NCBI GenBank assembly: GCA_001724245.1
Contig: MEDX01000035.1
Coordinates: 1 to 37,285 of the forward strand
Length of the DNA stretch: 37,285 nucleotides
Direction of reading: 5' to 3'
Source of the DNA: Fonticula-like sp. SCN 57-25
Lineage: Eukaryota
Under the pieces are notes generated by a model. That model saw only the letters and a list, made by a program, of their open reading frames with translations, ran no database searches and was not told where the DNA came from. The position numbers and the translations under genes are program-made. Shown here one piece after another: positions 9,187 to 21,000 of the stretch. The number at the start of each line of letters is the position of its first letter. Position 1 is the first letter of the stretch.

Positions 9187-11011
9187 CTATTCATCCTTAA
9201 AGATTGAGAAAATGTCCCCGTTGACATAGTCGTTGTCAACGAGGTTGACGAGGAGCCACGAGTTGGCGATGGTGTTCATGAGCTGCGCGGTAGCCGACTC
9301 CTTCTCGTAGCAGCGGGCCCACTGGTGCCACAGCTGGAACGCCTCGTCCTTCCACGCAAGGAAGGAAGTGAGCTCGACGATGGTCGGCTGAATGATCTCG
9401 CTTCCCGGGAAGACGCCCCACGTCACCGCGTTCGGGCGGTCGGGGCTCTTGCTGTTGGTGCGCAGCTTGCCGCTCGCGTCAACGGCAAAGTAGGTGAGGT
9501 ACGGCTCCTTGTCGATGCGCTTGAGGAGCGCGTCAAAGTGGTCGGGCGCCACGAAGAACTCGAGGTACCCCTTTTGGTACACGTAGCCGTTGCTCGGCCC
9601 CCACCCGTAGGGGCGGCTGCCGGACGGCTTGGCGTTCACGGCCGGCTGCGAGTTGACCGTCAGGCAACCGCGGCGGTTGACGGCCGCAAGGCAGTCCACA
9701 ATGGCGCCCGACTCGAGGGCGAGCGGCTCGTCGCACCACGGCAGCGACTTGATGTTGCCCTGCAAAAAGTTGATAAAGACCTCTGCAAGGTCGTGCACAG
9801 ACTCGGGAGTGCCCCACGAGCTGAGCACCTGCTCCTGCGTCAGCTTGATCGACACACCGTAGCCGTCAAGCTCGCCAAAGGCGGGCGACTGCGAGCTGCC
9901 CCAGCGACCGTTCGGGAACTCGTCCCATGTCTCTGTGCGGTTCACGTACGACTTGCAGCGGTTCTGCCAAAAGATCGGGCGCACGTTCTCGTTCTCGCGG
10001 CGGCCGAGCGACTGCTTCCACGGCAGAGGGCGCAGCTTCTCCATCGTGGGGTCAAAGCGCAGCTTCTCGAGAATGTTGCGGACAGAGGCCTCGAGGTTGA
10101 GCGTGTAAAAGTGGAAGAAGGTAATGCCCTCCTGCTGCATGCGGACGATCATGTCCGTGCAGTAGCGCTCGCCGTACGCCTTGACGGCCTCATCGTCATC
10201 CTTGATCGCCTCGAGATCGTTCGCCATCTTTTCCGGAACAGCCGTCTTGCAAAGCGTCGTCATGCGCTTCCAGCCGGCGTACGTATGCAGCGGCATCACG
10301 CCAGGGAGGATCGGGCAGGTGATGCCGATCGCGCGGCAGCGAGCCACAAAGTCAATCAGCAGATCAACGTCATAGAACAGCTGCGTGATAATATAGTCCG
10401 CGCCGGCGTCAATCTTCTCCTTGAGGAACATCAGGTCCGCCTCCTTGTCCTCGTTGTCGAGGTGGCCCTCCGGGTAGCCAGCGACGCCGATGCCAAAGTA
10501 GTCACCATACTCTTGGCGAATGTAGCGGACGAGATCGACTGCATGCGAGAAGCCTCCCTCCACCGCCTCCCAGCGCTCCTGCCCCTTGGGCGGGTCGCCG
10601 CGCAGCGCAAGAATGTTCTGAATGCCGTTGTCCTTGCAAACCTTGAGTGCGTGGTCGATCATGTCCTTGTGCATGTTGGTGCACGTGAGGTGCATGCACG
10701 TCTCGAGACCAAGGTGGCGCGCCGCAGTGGTGCAAATGTCGAGCGTCGCATTCGACGTGCTGCCGCCTGCGCCCCACGTCACATCGACGAACTCGGGGCC
10801 GAGCTGGTACATGCGATCCATGCGGTCATAGAGATTCTCCAGGCCCTACAATGTCGCCCCATGTTTAGATTTCACGCCAAGCGCACATACGCAAATCATA
10901 GCATAAAAAGAAAAGCAAGCGCACCTGCTCCGTCTTGGGCGGGAAATACTCAAACGACCAGCATGGGCGGTTCTCGTCGCGCGCCTTGAGCAGCTTTTGA
11001 ATGATCTTCAT
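9187..11011 (-). CDS. MTHFR: Methylenetetrahydrofolate reductase (~581 aa)
   Basis: Exons 11011-10925 and 10845-9187. MKIIQKL...SFEYFPPKTEQ|GLENLYDRMDRM, DVTWGAGG, CMHLTCTN, NILALRGDPP, AGYPEGH, ITQLFYD, HFYTLN. Eukaryotic SAM-regulatory domain WDEFPNGRWG...GYVYQK...NAVTWGVFPG.EIIQPT. Confidence 0.97.
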
Positions 11012-11537
11012 GTTTTACTCGCGGCGGGCAAAGATGGCTTCTCCTCGTCGCCCTCGGCTCGCTTCGGTAACTGTCGACAGAACCCCCACACCACGCGTGA
11101 AAATATGGATGAAAAGTGGATTCGCTGAGCAGATGAGTCAATATGGGAAATGTGATATCACTTGGCTCCCTAAAGAATCAGGCGACTCCTAAAAAGCTCC
11201 CTACAGCAATATAGGATAAGAATGCAAAATAGTTAACAGCGAGAACGGCATATTGGGCATGCATGCAAAGCCTCTGTCGTGACAGGTGAAAGCACCTATT
11301 AACACAGCAGAATGTCATATGGGTGTGACACACATTATAGGCACCAAAACAGATGAGGCAGGGATCACATGAATCAGAGGGAAAGCTATAGCAACCCGTC
11401 GATCTAGAGCAATGATCTTGGCCCGCCGCCCTTGAGATATTCAGGTCATTGGCTCCAAGAGCCACGCTGTCTGGGCGTCGAGTGTCATTGTGTGGGTTTT
11501 GCACGGCGTATTGGTAAACAATGCAAGCCCGACGTGC

Positions 11538-11593
11538 GCAAACTGCTGTCAGATTGCATCGTTATTTATGCAAACTGACCTCAGATTGCATCG
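11538..11593. promoter_or_regulatory. Tandem pair of dyad elements GCAAACTG-N4-CAGATTGCATCG upstream of SKI3
   Basis: Copies at 11538-11561 and 11570-11593 (32-bp period) have identical arms and different 4-nt spacers. The second ends 13 bp before the SKI3 ATG. Confidence 0.6.
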
Positions 11594-11606
11594 TGACGGG
11601 ACGACG

Positions 11607-14600
11607 ATGGCGGCCAAAGCGGCGCTGAAGGCGGCCCGAGAGGCGCTCGGCCAGAAGGAGCCCGCCGTTGCCATCACGCACTGCAATGTACGTTTCTTCA
11701 GTTGTTCTTTTATAGCTAGAGCTCACGCATTTGCCAGGCGGCGCTGGAGGCAGAGCCCGGCAACTACATGGCCCTGGTGCTGCTTGGCAAGGCAAACGCC
11801 GATCTCGGCAACACGGAGGGCGCAGAGGGCGCCTACCGCCGCGCCATTGAAAGCGATGCCGCGCAGCTGCTTGCGTGGCAGGGGCTTGCCAGTTTGTTTG
11901 CAACGACAGGCGTTCTCGCGCAGCAGCTGGAGGTGTGGGGCGTGCTCCGCACCATGTACCTCGCTCAGGGCGACGCGGCCAAGCACGACGATGTCCTCTC
12001 CAAGATTGTAGAGGCGTCTGCCACGGCAGAGACGAGCGGAGCAACGCGTCGCGAGGCCGCCACGGCACTTCAAGCCGCGCTTGCGGACGACGCCGAGGAC
12101 GCGTCGTTCCGCTCTAACGAGGCGCTGTACCTCCGTGTGGTCGCCCTGCTGGAAGCGGACGAGGCCGCGCAGATATCAAAGACAGTGGACAGTGAGCGCC
12201 GCAGCCTCCGCAACACGAGCAAGCCCGCAGAGATTTTGCAGCGCGTTACGTTGCAGATGCACGCGTCGTCCGGCGTCGATGATGCGTACGCATTTGCCAT
12301 CGCCAAGACGCACAGCGACCGTCTTCAGTCTGCGCTAGCCCACCGCCAGCTCAGCCGCCTTGCTCTGCTGACCGGCAATGAGGCGCGTGACCTGTATGCG
12401 CGTCTGCTCCCAATTTGCATTTATCTTTTGTCGTTGCCGGGCGCGTCTGCCGAAATCTCTTCCTTTGTGGCGGCACACCAGTTCTTCACCTCTCCCGCGC
12501 CCATTGCGGGCGCCGAGTCGCTGCCCGACGATCATCCCGCTGCCCTCTTTTCCTCTGCGATTGCATGCATCCCTGCCGGCAAGCAGATGGACGCCGTTGA
12601 TTTGCTACGTTCGTTGGCCGTGCAGACGAGGACGGCCGCGTCCAACTATGGCCTGGACACGCGGCTCCGCGAGCGGGCGCTGTCGCTCGCGCTCGTGGAC
12701 GCCCTCCTGCACCGCTGGCGTGGCGCCGACGTTGGTATGACTAGCTCCACCGCAGTGAAGCACGCGGAGGAGGCGCTCGGCCTGTGCACACAGCTGATTG
12801 AGGTGGACGGCGCCGACCGCGCAGCCCACTTTGGGGCCGGCCGCGCCCTCGCGCTGCTCAACCGTCCACTCGAGTCGCTTGGTCACTTCCCCAGCGACGT
12901 CGCGGCGGCGTCCACGACAGAGTCCACGTGGATTGCCTGGGCGCGTTTTCGTCTGGGCGAGCTCGCCGAGGCGGAGCGCCTTTTGCTGCAGGTCATTGCC
13001 GCCGAGCCGACGAATGCTCTGGCGCAGTACCGCCTGGCTCGTGCGCGGTGGCAGGACGAGGCACGCAGGACGCGCACCGACTGTCTCGCGCACCTGCTGC
13101 TGGCGATGCAGAGCGACAGCTCGCTGGGTGTCAACTTTACGCTGCTGGGCAAGTTTTACGACGTTGTAGAGAGCGACGCGACACGCGCGTCAAAGTGCTA
13201 TATTCGCGCTCTGACGCTGGAGCCGACGGATGCCGAAGCCGGCACTGCTCTGGCGGCGCTCCACACCCGCAATGGGGACCGCGCTGCCGCGATTGCTGTG
13301 TACGAAAAGGCCGCGCAGGACGATCCGCGCGCACAGTGGCCGTGGATGCCGCTTGGCAAGACGCACCTGTACGGCGCGGGCGCCGCGCACAGCCTGGCCC
13401 GCGCGCAGGTGTGCTTCCAGACGGCCATTCGTCTCGGCGGGCATGACGACGCCGCGTGCTGGGAGGCGCTCGGCGAAACGTACCGCAGGCAAGGAAAGTA
13501 TGCCGCTGCGCTCAAGGCGCTCCAGCGCGCCATCGAGCTTGAGCCGGGGTCACCGCACGCGCGCTTTCAGACGGCCATGGTGCGCCTCAAGCTCGGGCAG
13601 TATGAGGATGCCATCGCACTCTTGTCCGACGACACCGCTGCCGCAGACGCGCATAAGGACGCGATCCCGACGGTCGCGACAAAGTTTGCGCTTGCCGACT
13701 GCTGCTTCCAGGCGTCGCGTCAGCTGCGCCAGGACGGCCGCTACGGCGCGGCGGCTGCGCGCCTCGTGGACGCCCTTGCTGCGCTGAGGGTGGCGATCGA
13801 GGGCGACTCGCCGCGCGGGCACGTGGCCCAGTGGAAGCTCGCGGGCGACGTCTGCCTCGCGTTCTCATCGCCGCTCGACGCGTACGCGCCACGGGCAGCC
13901 AATGATGACCGTGTGTGGCTTCTTTCCGCTGCGCAGCGTGTCTCGGGTGACTCTAGTGTTCCAAAGGAGCTCCTCTCGCTTCCGGTTGAAAATGGCGCGG
14001 ACCTTGAAGCGGTGCTCGCCACGGGCGTTGCGTGTTACACTGCCTGCCTCGCGCTCGCCGCCACGGAGCGGCAGCACCTGGACGCACTTCAGGACATTGC
14101 CTCTGGCCTCGCAACACTGTACGCGCATTATATATTGGGATGATTATCTAAACTGCTTTTAGAGCCCGTTCGATTGTTTCGCGCGGCGGCCAGGGCGCGG
14201 CGCCTATTCTGAGCTTGTCGGTAAAGGTCGCGCGCGCGTGCCTGAAGCGCGATGCGCACCGCGTGGCCGCGTGGGGCGCCCTCGGCACCGCCCTGTACCT
14301 TTCCGGCAATGTTGCGGGCGCCCAGAGCGCTTTTGTTCGCGCGACCAAGTACGCTGCCAAGGGCGTCGCCGACCCTTGGTGCAACCTCGGCTGGCTCTAC
14401 ATGTCGATCCCCGATGATAAGTGCAGCGACGCGTCGGGCGACCGCTCAATGAACTTTCTCGCGAACCGCGCGTTCGCAGCCGCGCAGGTGCACGATCCCG
14501 AGAACGCACGCGCGTGGCTTGGCCAGGCGCTTATCACCGAGCGCACCACGTCGGCCAGCGACACGGACGCACTCGAGCTCTACACGCACGCGGCGTCGCT

Positions 14601-16561
14601 TTGCAATGCCGAGCTGGTACGCTTACAACGTGTGTTTTTTCTTAGCGTTCTTACAGAAATTATAGGCGTTTGCCAACAATTCCGTCGGCCGGCTACTGCT
14701 TGCGCACCTTATGCGTACCTCGTCGGCGCCTGCCTTTGCGTCGCAGCTCCCCGCCGCGCTTCACCTCGCGCTAAAGTCGACCGAGATGGGCGGAATGTCC
14801 GAGGCGTCGCGCGCGCCGCTTGTCCTCGCAGGCATGCTGGCGGAGCGGCGCGGCAACCATGCGCTCGCGTCGTCACTGTACGAGCGGGCCGGCGCCGCTG
14901 AGCACACCGGGCGTGCACTTCTCGCTGCTGGCCAAGTGGGTAGAGCTGTTGCATCGCTTGATGCGGCCGCGGGCGCCGCCGGGTCAGCCCCAGCAACGCA
15001 CCAGTCGCACGGCCTTGCACTGTACGCATCGGGCCGCATGGACGAGGCCGTGGCGGCGCTGCAAAAGTGCGGCTCGTCGTCAGCGCCGCTCTTTGCGTCG
15101 GCCTCGCTGCAGCTCTGCCAGCTCTTGTTGGCGCTCCCGTCCGAGGCGCACCAGGCGCACGCGCGCGCCCTGCTTCGCAAGATTGTTGCCGACAGCACGG
15201 GCGACGTTGCGGCGCTCCTCGTGCTTGCGGCCGCGGCTTCGGCGGCCAAGGACACGGAAAGCGCCGCCGTGGCAATGTCCGCGCTTCACCGCCTACCAGC
15301 ACACGCGTTCAGCGACGCGCAGTACGCTCAGTACGCGTCGCTGTGTGCGCGCGCGGCAGACGCTGGTGGCGACCGAGCCGCCGCCAAGGCGCACCTCTCG
15401 CGCGCCGCGCTTCGCTCTCCCGGCCGCGTGTCCACGTGGCTTCCGCTTTCCGCGTATATCTCCCAGACGAGCCAGTCGGGCGAGCAGACTAGGCTAGGCG
15501 TGGACGCCGCAACGAGTGCGCGCGCAGTCGCCGGCAGCGCGAGTACCGTCGACACGAGCGCTGTGTACCGCCGTCTCGCGACGGCGCTCCTCTACCACGG
15601 CGGCGGCGAGGAGCGGCGCGCAGTGCAGCACAGCATGCGTGCGTCGCCGGGTGACCTTGACGCGCGTCTGCAGCTTGCCTTCACGCTAGGTGCCGCTGTG
15701 ACGCGCCACGTAGCAGCCGGCGACATGGTGGGCGCCGCGGACGCGAGCAAGCGCCTCGAGGGCTGCCTCATGTTTGTCGACGGCCAGTCGGCCGCCGTCG
15801 CGGGTAGCGACTCTGTGCAGGCGTCACGGCGGCAGCGCGCTCTCTCGCGGGCGCTCATCGCGCGCCTTTTGTTAGCTGACGCATGGAGCGCGCGCGCCTC
15901 CATTTTAAACGGCCATGTGGACGACGACCCGCTTGCACTCTATGGTCGTGCGCTCAATGTAGCCAACGAAGTGCTGTCGGCGAGCGCGCTGCCGGCCGTG
16001 CAGTGCGCCGCGCTCGTCACGATTGGGCGCACATACCGCCGCGCGGGGCAGCTTGCCGACGCGCTGCAGAGCTTTGCGCGCGCAGCTGACGCCGTTCCGG
16101 TTGACTCCCCCGACGCTGCAGAGGCGTGGCAGGAGGTGGCGGCGACATACGAGTCCGCGGGGGCGCTCGGCGATGCCGCGGCGGCGCTGGAGCGCGCGGG
16201 CGGGTCGTGCGCGCGCACCGCCGACGCCGGCGTCATCCAGGCGCGGCTGTCGCGGCTTGCTCTTATGCGCGACGACCGCCCCGCCGCGGCGAGCCACGCG
16301 GGCGCAGTGCTTCAGCGCGACTCGCAGAGCGGCGTCGGGAGGCTGATGCAGGCCGCGGGCAACCTGGGCGGGCCGGGAGGTGTCCCGAAGGTGATCAAGT
16401 CGCTCGCGGCGGCGCGCGCGGCAGAGGCCAAGCTCGGAGCGCTCGCGGACCACTACGAAGCTGCGGCGTACCTGAGCGCAGGTGATAGGGAGGCAGCCAA
16501 GCGCGCACTCGGCGGCAGCGAGGAGCGCTTGCAGGCCGTCGCGGCGGTCGTGGGCATCTGA
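11607..16561 (+). CDS. SKI3: Superkiller complex TPR protein Ski3/TTC37 (~1603 aa)
   Basis: Exons 11607-11687, 11738-14118, 14163-14616, 14666-16561. N-terminus KAALKAAREAL...HCN...NYMALVLLGKA...AYRRAIE...LLAWQGLA and internal TPRs (LGKFY...RASKCYIRAL; WEALGETYRRQGKYAAALKALQRA; QWKLAGDVC; WCNLGWLY; AWLGQALI) fit TTC37/Ski3, as does the size. Confidence 0.88.
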
Positions 16562-16764
16562 GCGTGTGTGCATACTATTGTGATTCATGCAATAAAAGAA
16601 AAAAATAATATATTAAAAAACGGCGGCCGGCATTTGTTGCCGTTTCACATGCCATAATATGAAAAAGAAACTGACGAAAAAGCGACAACAAACGATAAAA
16701 TGGGGCGGTAAGCCGCCCTCAGCAGCAGCACTTAATGAATCACAACGGCTCTTGCGGCCGCGTC

Positions 16765-17731
16765 CTAGTTCTGCATGGCGCAGCGGAGAATGTCGAGGAT
16801 GGAGACGACCTTCTGGGCGTGGTGGTTGGCGTCGACGACAAAGAGGCGGTGAGCCTGGGTGGCCTTGAGCATTCCCATGACGTGGGCGATCGAGTGCTCG
16901 GGGAGGCAGACAAAGGTCAGGGCGCGGGTCTTGAGGTCGGCCTGGCGGATGTGCTTGAGGAACTCGATGATGGGCTGGTTGAGCGACTCCTGGTTGGCGA
17001 GGAAGAGCTTGAGGTCCGAGCCCGAGGTGACGCCGGTGAGGCGGCCGCTGGGGCCGACGACGGCGATGCCGCTGCGGCCAGAGCGCTCGAGCGTGCGGAA
17101 AACGTTCAGCGCGGTGTCCTGCTCGTTCACGGTGAGAACGGGCGAAGTGCCGATATTCAGCTCGGCAATCGTCTTGGACGTGAACGAGCCAAGCTCGGCA
17201 GCGTGCGCGTGCAGGTACTCGTTGAGCAGCGACTGCGAAACAATGTTGATGACGCGGCCGTTCTCGTCGACAATCGGCACGCGGTGCAGGCCGGCGCTGA
17301 GCAGCGTGCACACGTCAAGAAGGCTCGCGTCAATGGTAAGCGGGCGGAACGGGTTGCGGCGGGCGAGGTCTATGGCGTCCCATGAGCGCGCCGGAATTCG
17401 AGGGAAAAAGGAGCGTACAGGAAACGGTGACGGCATCCTGGGCGAGGCCAAAGTGGCCGACGCCGTGGCGGAGAATGTCCTCGAGCGTCTTCACGGCGTT
17501 GTTCTCGGCGGTGGCAAAGACGGCGAACGAGACAAGGTCGCGAACGGTGAGCATGCCAATGTACGTCTTGGTCTCCTCATCCCAGACGGGAACCGACAGG
17601 ATGCGGTTGTTCACAAGGAGATCAAAGGCAGCGCGCAGATCCATCGAGGTCGTCGCCTCATAGACCTTTCCGCGGCGGAGAGGAAGCTGGCTCACCTTGT
17701 TGGTGGAGAGAAAGTCGCGAACGGCACCCAT
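16765..17731 (-). CDS. Four-CBS-domain protein (AMPK gamma/Sds23-like superfamily, ~305 aa)
   Basis: Exons 17731-17419 and 17369-16765. CBS motifs AFDLLVNNRILSVPVWD...YIGMLTVRD, LHRVPIVD...IVSQS, SGIAVV...SGSDL, AHRLFVVD...VVSILDIL. Confidence 0.88.
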
Positions 17732-18030
17732 GTCGAATCAACAGGAAAACCGCCTTTTTCGATCCCCTTTTCTTTGCTCCCCCGACACGTCGTAAGAAGA
17801 CGGCGAATCAAAAGCTGAAATTTGGAAGAAAAACAGAAAATTGATGGTTTCAGACCGACCGAAACCGACATCGGACGCTCCAATGATCGGCCGGGAATCC
17901 GCCCCTGCGACCAGCGGCTGACACATCGGTCCGTTCCCTCCGCTGCGGCCGCCAAAATGTGCAAAATAAAAGAGTCAAGTATACATTATCAACACTCAAA
18001 ATATATACAAAAAAAGCCACATGTACAGAA

Positions 18031-20943
18031 TCAATTGGAAAAGGGCGGTCGCACAACCCCTGCGATTGTCGCTGCTAGGCGCTCAGACGTCTTCTTCATG
18101 ACCGGGAAGCCCGCCAGATCGATAGCCACCATCACAGCCTCCTCGCATATCAACGGGAAAGCGCGGCAAATAATCTCGACGCTCTGCACCGCTTCATCGA
18201 TAAAGCTCGGCGGGTCGCGCAGAATACCTGGCTGCTGTCGCAGACGCGCGAGCACGCGCTGGGCGACATCGAGGCTGCGCGGCATCGGGTACCTGCGGGC
18301 AAGGTGCGCCGCAACGTGAATAGCAAAAAGCTGCTTGCCCAGTTGAGGCTGCGACAGGAGCTCGGGCAGCCAGTCGAGGCACACGTCTGTCAAAAAGTCA
18401 GCAAAGAAAAGCATGCAGTCGTTGCGCGTACGCATGGACGGGACGCCATCGACCATCATCGGGATAAGCTCGGCGTCGTAGCCGTGGAAGTGAACAAGCT
18501 TGAGAAGCACTGGCTGCTCGACAAACAAGAGATGCAGCGCTGCGCAGATGCGCATGCGCACTTCGTCGCGGACCGTGAATGGCGCGCCGTCGTCCTCTTG
18601 CTGCTGCCCAGCCGTGCGCGCAATGTCAAGCAGCAGCTGGACCGCCGCCGCGTCCTGCGTCAGCGCGAGCGTGTGAATGTCCTCTGGACTGATAGGACCG
18701 CGCCCGGCCGCCGCATGGGCGTTCGAGCGCGCGATTCGCCGCAGCTCCGTCCGCGATGCGCTGAGGTAGCCCAGCAGCAGATCCAGAATGATCGGGAGCA
18801 GCGCCGGCGACGAGAGCGCGCGCTCATCGCAGCGCAGCACCAAGAGCGGATCGAGCACCAGGTCATCGTGCGAGTACCGCATCATCTGAACCGCGTCCGA
18901 CTTGCTGCGCAGCATATACAAGGTGTTCTGCAAGAACAGCGCCGGTTGCACAAAGGCCATCGCGCGCCACAGGCGCACAAACTCGTCCGCCAGCAGCCGG
19001 TCGGCGGTCGCGGCGGGAGCGGCCAGCAGCGCCGGCAGCATGCTCTCCACAACAACGTCGGCGTGCAGGGCAAGTCGGTCCGCGTCAAGCAGCATCATCC
19101 AGCGGACGGCGTCCAGGGCGGCCGGCGAGTCCACCTGCGACACCGCCGAGCGGAGCGTGCGCGCAACAGAAGCATCATCGCTAAACAGCCGCGCGCCAAG
19201 CCGCGCGCGCTCGTCGCCAAAAACGGTGCCAAAGACGGGCGCATCGGCGGCAGCGACGGGCGTCGGCAGCACAACATCAAGAACGGACGTTGGCAGAAGC
19301 GAGACGACGCCCTGCGACATCCAAAGGCCGAGCAGCGGACCAAAAATGGGCGCAAAGTCGTCGCCCTGGCGGTAGCTCTCTGTGTGCATCACGATCCGTG
19401 TCGACGGGATGGCCGAGAGCATGGCCGACGGGTACTCTGCCACGGCCGCAAGCGACTGCTGCGACGCGGTCTGGCGGATATCCTCATTGTACCGCAGAAT
19501 AAAGTAGAGGGCCAGCGCCTGCTGGACCAGCGCAGTGCCCGGTGGCGAAAAGAACGCAAGCAGCGCCTTGCTTGACGGCGGCGACCGCAGACCGAGGCGG
19601 CACTGCCGCGAGTACTCGTCAATCACGCGCATCATTATCGGGTCAATCGGCAGCACCGCCTGACGTAGGAGCGAGAGGAACCAGGCAGTGAGGTCCGCGC
19701 CGCTGCGGTCCTCCAGCAGGCGGAGAGCGAGCGCCATGTCGCGGTCTCGCGCAATGTACTCTAGTAGCCGCTCGCTCCGCGTGGGGATCGCCTCAAGAAT
19801 GGCTGCCCGAACTCGCTCATTCAGCACGCTGATTGGGCTGCTCGCCGCGGACGACTCGCGGCCAATAAGCGTCAGGATGTGCAGCCCTGTCCGGAAAAGG
19901 TCTAGATCCTGCTTGCGTAGCTCAACGGCAAGCAGCTCGCGGAACCGTGACGACGGCAGCTGATTCGCCAACGTCGCAATGCACCTTTGTACGTCAATGT
20001 CGACGGGGATGTCGGGAAGAGGGAGCAGCGTGCACAGCACGAGGTCAAACAAGCGCGACGACGGGTGCGCCTCGAGTAGGGCCAATAGAGCGCCAAACGG
20101 GAACGACTGTATGCCACCAAATATCACATTCACCGCCAATGAATGCACAATCTGACACGCGCTGCTCGCGCTGCACGTCCGTAAAAGCGCTTCCCAGTCC
20201 ACAGGCGCGCCAGAGGGCAGCAGCGGAAGGACGGCTGGCAAGTCATGGCAGTGCGCCGTCGTCACCGCCAGCAGGGCCTCGGCGTTAACGGGTCGCTGCT
20301 GCAGTAAAAGTGCACGGACGCGCATGGTATGGTGCGGCGCGAGGGCGCACAGCCGCAGCAGGTTCGCATTCGCTCTCGCGTCGACGAGGTACGCGGCCGC
20401 CGTGCGGATCAAGTCGGGGTGGTTGATGAGGATCGTCTGCAGCACCGCCCAGGAGGACGTACGATGGAGCGCAGAGATAAAGTCGATAGGGGATATTACG
20501 TCCGCCAACTGGTCGTATGCAACGGCGAGGAGAGTGGACAGCTCCGCCTCGTACAACGCGGTGCCAAGCACGACCCTGTCCGCCGCTCCTCCCTTGGCGC
20601 ACAGCAGCTCGCGAAATACAATCAGGACGCGCTGCATAGGCGTCCCGCTTTCAAAAGAAGACGCTGTCGGAGTCTCCTCCCGCGAGTCACCCGCGAGCAT
20701 CTCGCGCACTCTAGTGTAGTCGACCTCGCAGTACGATGCCGCGACATCGGCGCCGGGCAGCTGCCACGACCGCGCGTGGCCCAGGATCGTCAAAATCGGC
20801 GCCGCGCAAGCAACCAACTAGCGCGATAGTAAGCTCACTGGCACACATGTCTGCCTAAAATGCACAAATGAGCGCACCTCGTCGCTCAGCGCGTCGAGCT
20901 GGCCCCACGCCCCTGCCTCGACGGCCCAAAGCACAGCCTCCAT
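18031..20943 (-). CDS. INTS2: Integrator complex subunit 2-like (~935 aa)
   Basis: Exons 20943-20878, 20817-18432, 18386-18031. C-terminal half matches remembered INTS2 motifs: DLVLDPLLVLRCDER, YLSASR, LALTQDAAAVQLLLDI, ICAALHLLFVEQPVLLKLVHFHGY, GVPSMHVCLDWLPELLSQPQLGKQLFAI, YPMPRSL. The N-terminal half is divergent and the first exon is less certain. Confidence 0.85.
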
Positions 20944-21000
20944 GACAACCCCCGATTCAACCCCTGATCTCTGTGTTTTTCTTGCTTTCTTGCGCCCATC

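Noticed and set aside
9325..10989. 554-aa plus-strand ORF antisense to MTHFR (likewise 21434-22930, 18304-19575, 23059-24207, 24245-25264, 32989-34137)
   Set aside because: These are shadow ORFs expected from GC-rich codon bias. They have no recognisable motifs and mirror well-supported genes on the other strand.
11349..11420. ATCAGAG...GCAACC and AGATGAG words reminiscent of a SAM-I riboswitch near MTHFR
   Set aside because: They are on the wrong strand for MTHFR, out of order and too closely spaced, and I could not build the P1-P4 stems.
11178..11504. 108-aa ORF in the MTHFR-SKI3 spacer
   Set aside because: It has a non-ATG start, AT-rich codon usage unlike neighbouring genes, and no motifs.
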